Made by a program: the position numbers and the translations under genes. A DNA stretch of 64,000 nucleotides from Camelus ferus. Taxonomy: Eukaryota. Positions 63,714 to 64,000 of the stretch are shown in pieces (position 1 is the stretch's first letter; the number at the start of each line of letters is the position of its first letter). The notes beneath the pieces were generated by a model. It was not told the DNA's origin. It was given only the letters and a program-made list of their open reading frames with translations, and did no database searches. Location of the stretch: assembly GCF_009834535.1 (NCBI RefSeq), contig NC_045696.1, positions 5,272,001 to 5,336,000 on the forward strand. The letters run 5' to 3'.

Positions 63714-63858
63714 TTCAATATCTTGTAATAACCTTTTATGAAAATGCACACATATGTATGTGCAGGCATGACTGGGACATTATGCTGTACACAGAAATCG
63801 ACACATTGTAACTGACTGTACTTCAATAAAAAATAAAAATAAAAAATAAATTTTAAAA
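63714..63858 (+). mobile_element. 5'-truncated young L1 3'UTR
   Basis: TTCAATATCTTGTAATAACC...ATGACTGGGACATTATGCTGTACACAGAAATCGACACATTGTAACTGAC, A-tail; TSD AAAGCAAATGGA (63702-63713) / AAAGCAAACGGA (63859-63870). Confidence 0.9.
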
Positions 63859-64000
63859 AAAGCAAACGGAAAACTGACAATATTGACCCCCTTGAAATCA
63901 ATGTTACGGTCACATGAAGGGAGGATCACTAAAGATTAAATCTTTAAACGTACTGGCTTTTATAATATTCTTGTAGTAGAAGGGACTTTAAACGGTCTCC

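Noticed and set aside
7718..63858. Seven short 150-260 bp L1 3'UTR copies as a new non-autonomous family
   Set aside because: Their 5' ends differ from copy to copy, as expected for ordinary 5' truncation.

Overview
Mammalian, non-coding-looking genomic DNA, most likely camelid (camel/alpaca/llama). The species call rests on six tRNA-Ala-like SINEs resembling the Tylopoda Vic-1 family and on cetartiodactyl-type L1 3' ends. I recognise no intact protein-coding exon. The only clear gene-derived sequence is a processed RPLP1 pseudogene on the minus strand (55111-55494; start ATG>ACG, one premature TAG). The rest is a mosaic of young SINEs and 5'-truncated L1s (many with visible target-site duplications), a clean ERV1-type solo LTR, old MaLR/ERVL LTRs, DNA-transposon fossils (MER53, Charlie1b, MER2, Tigger1, MER91, MADE2), MIR/L2 and tandem repeats. 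Repeat-free stretches between them carry enhancer-like motif clusters. I found no convincing new biological system. The most notable items are a tandem array of FOX:ETS motifs expanded inside an LTR41-like element, serial L1+SINE insertion at one target site, a solo LTR with its own splice donor, and an L1 strand bias hinting at an intron of a minus-strand transcription unit. Repeat family names come from recalled consensus sequences, not a database search, and the boundaries of old repeats are approximate.
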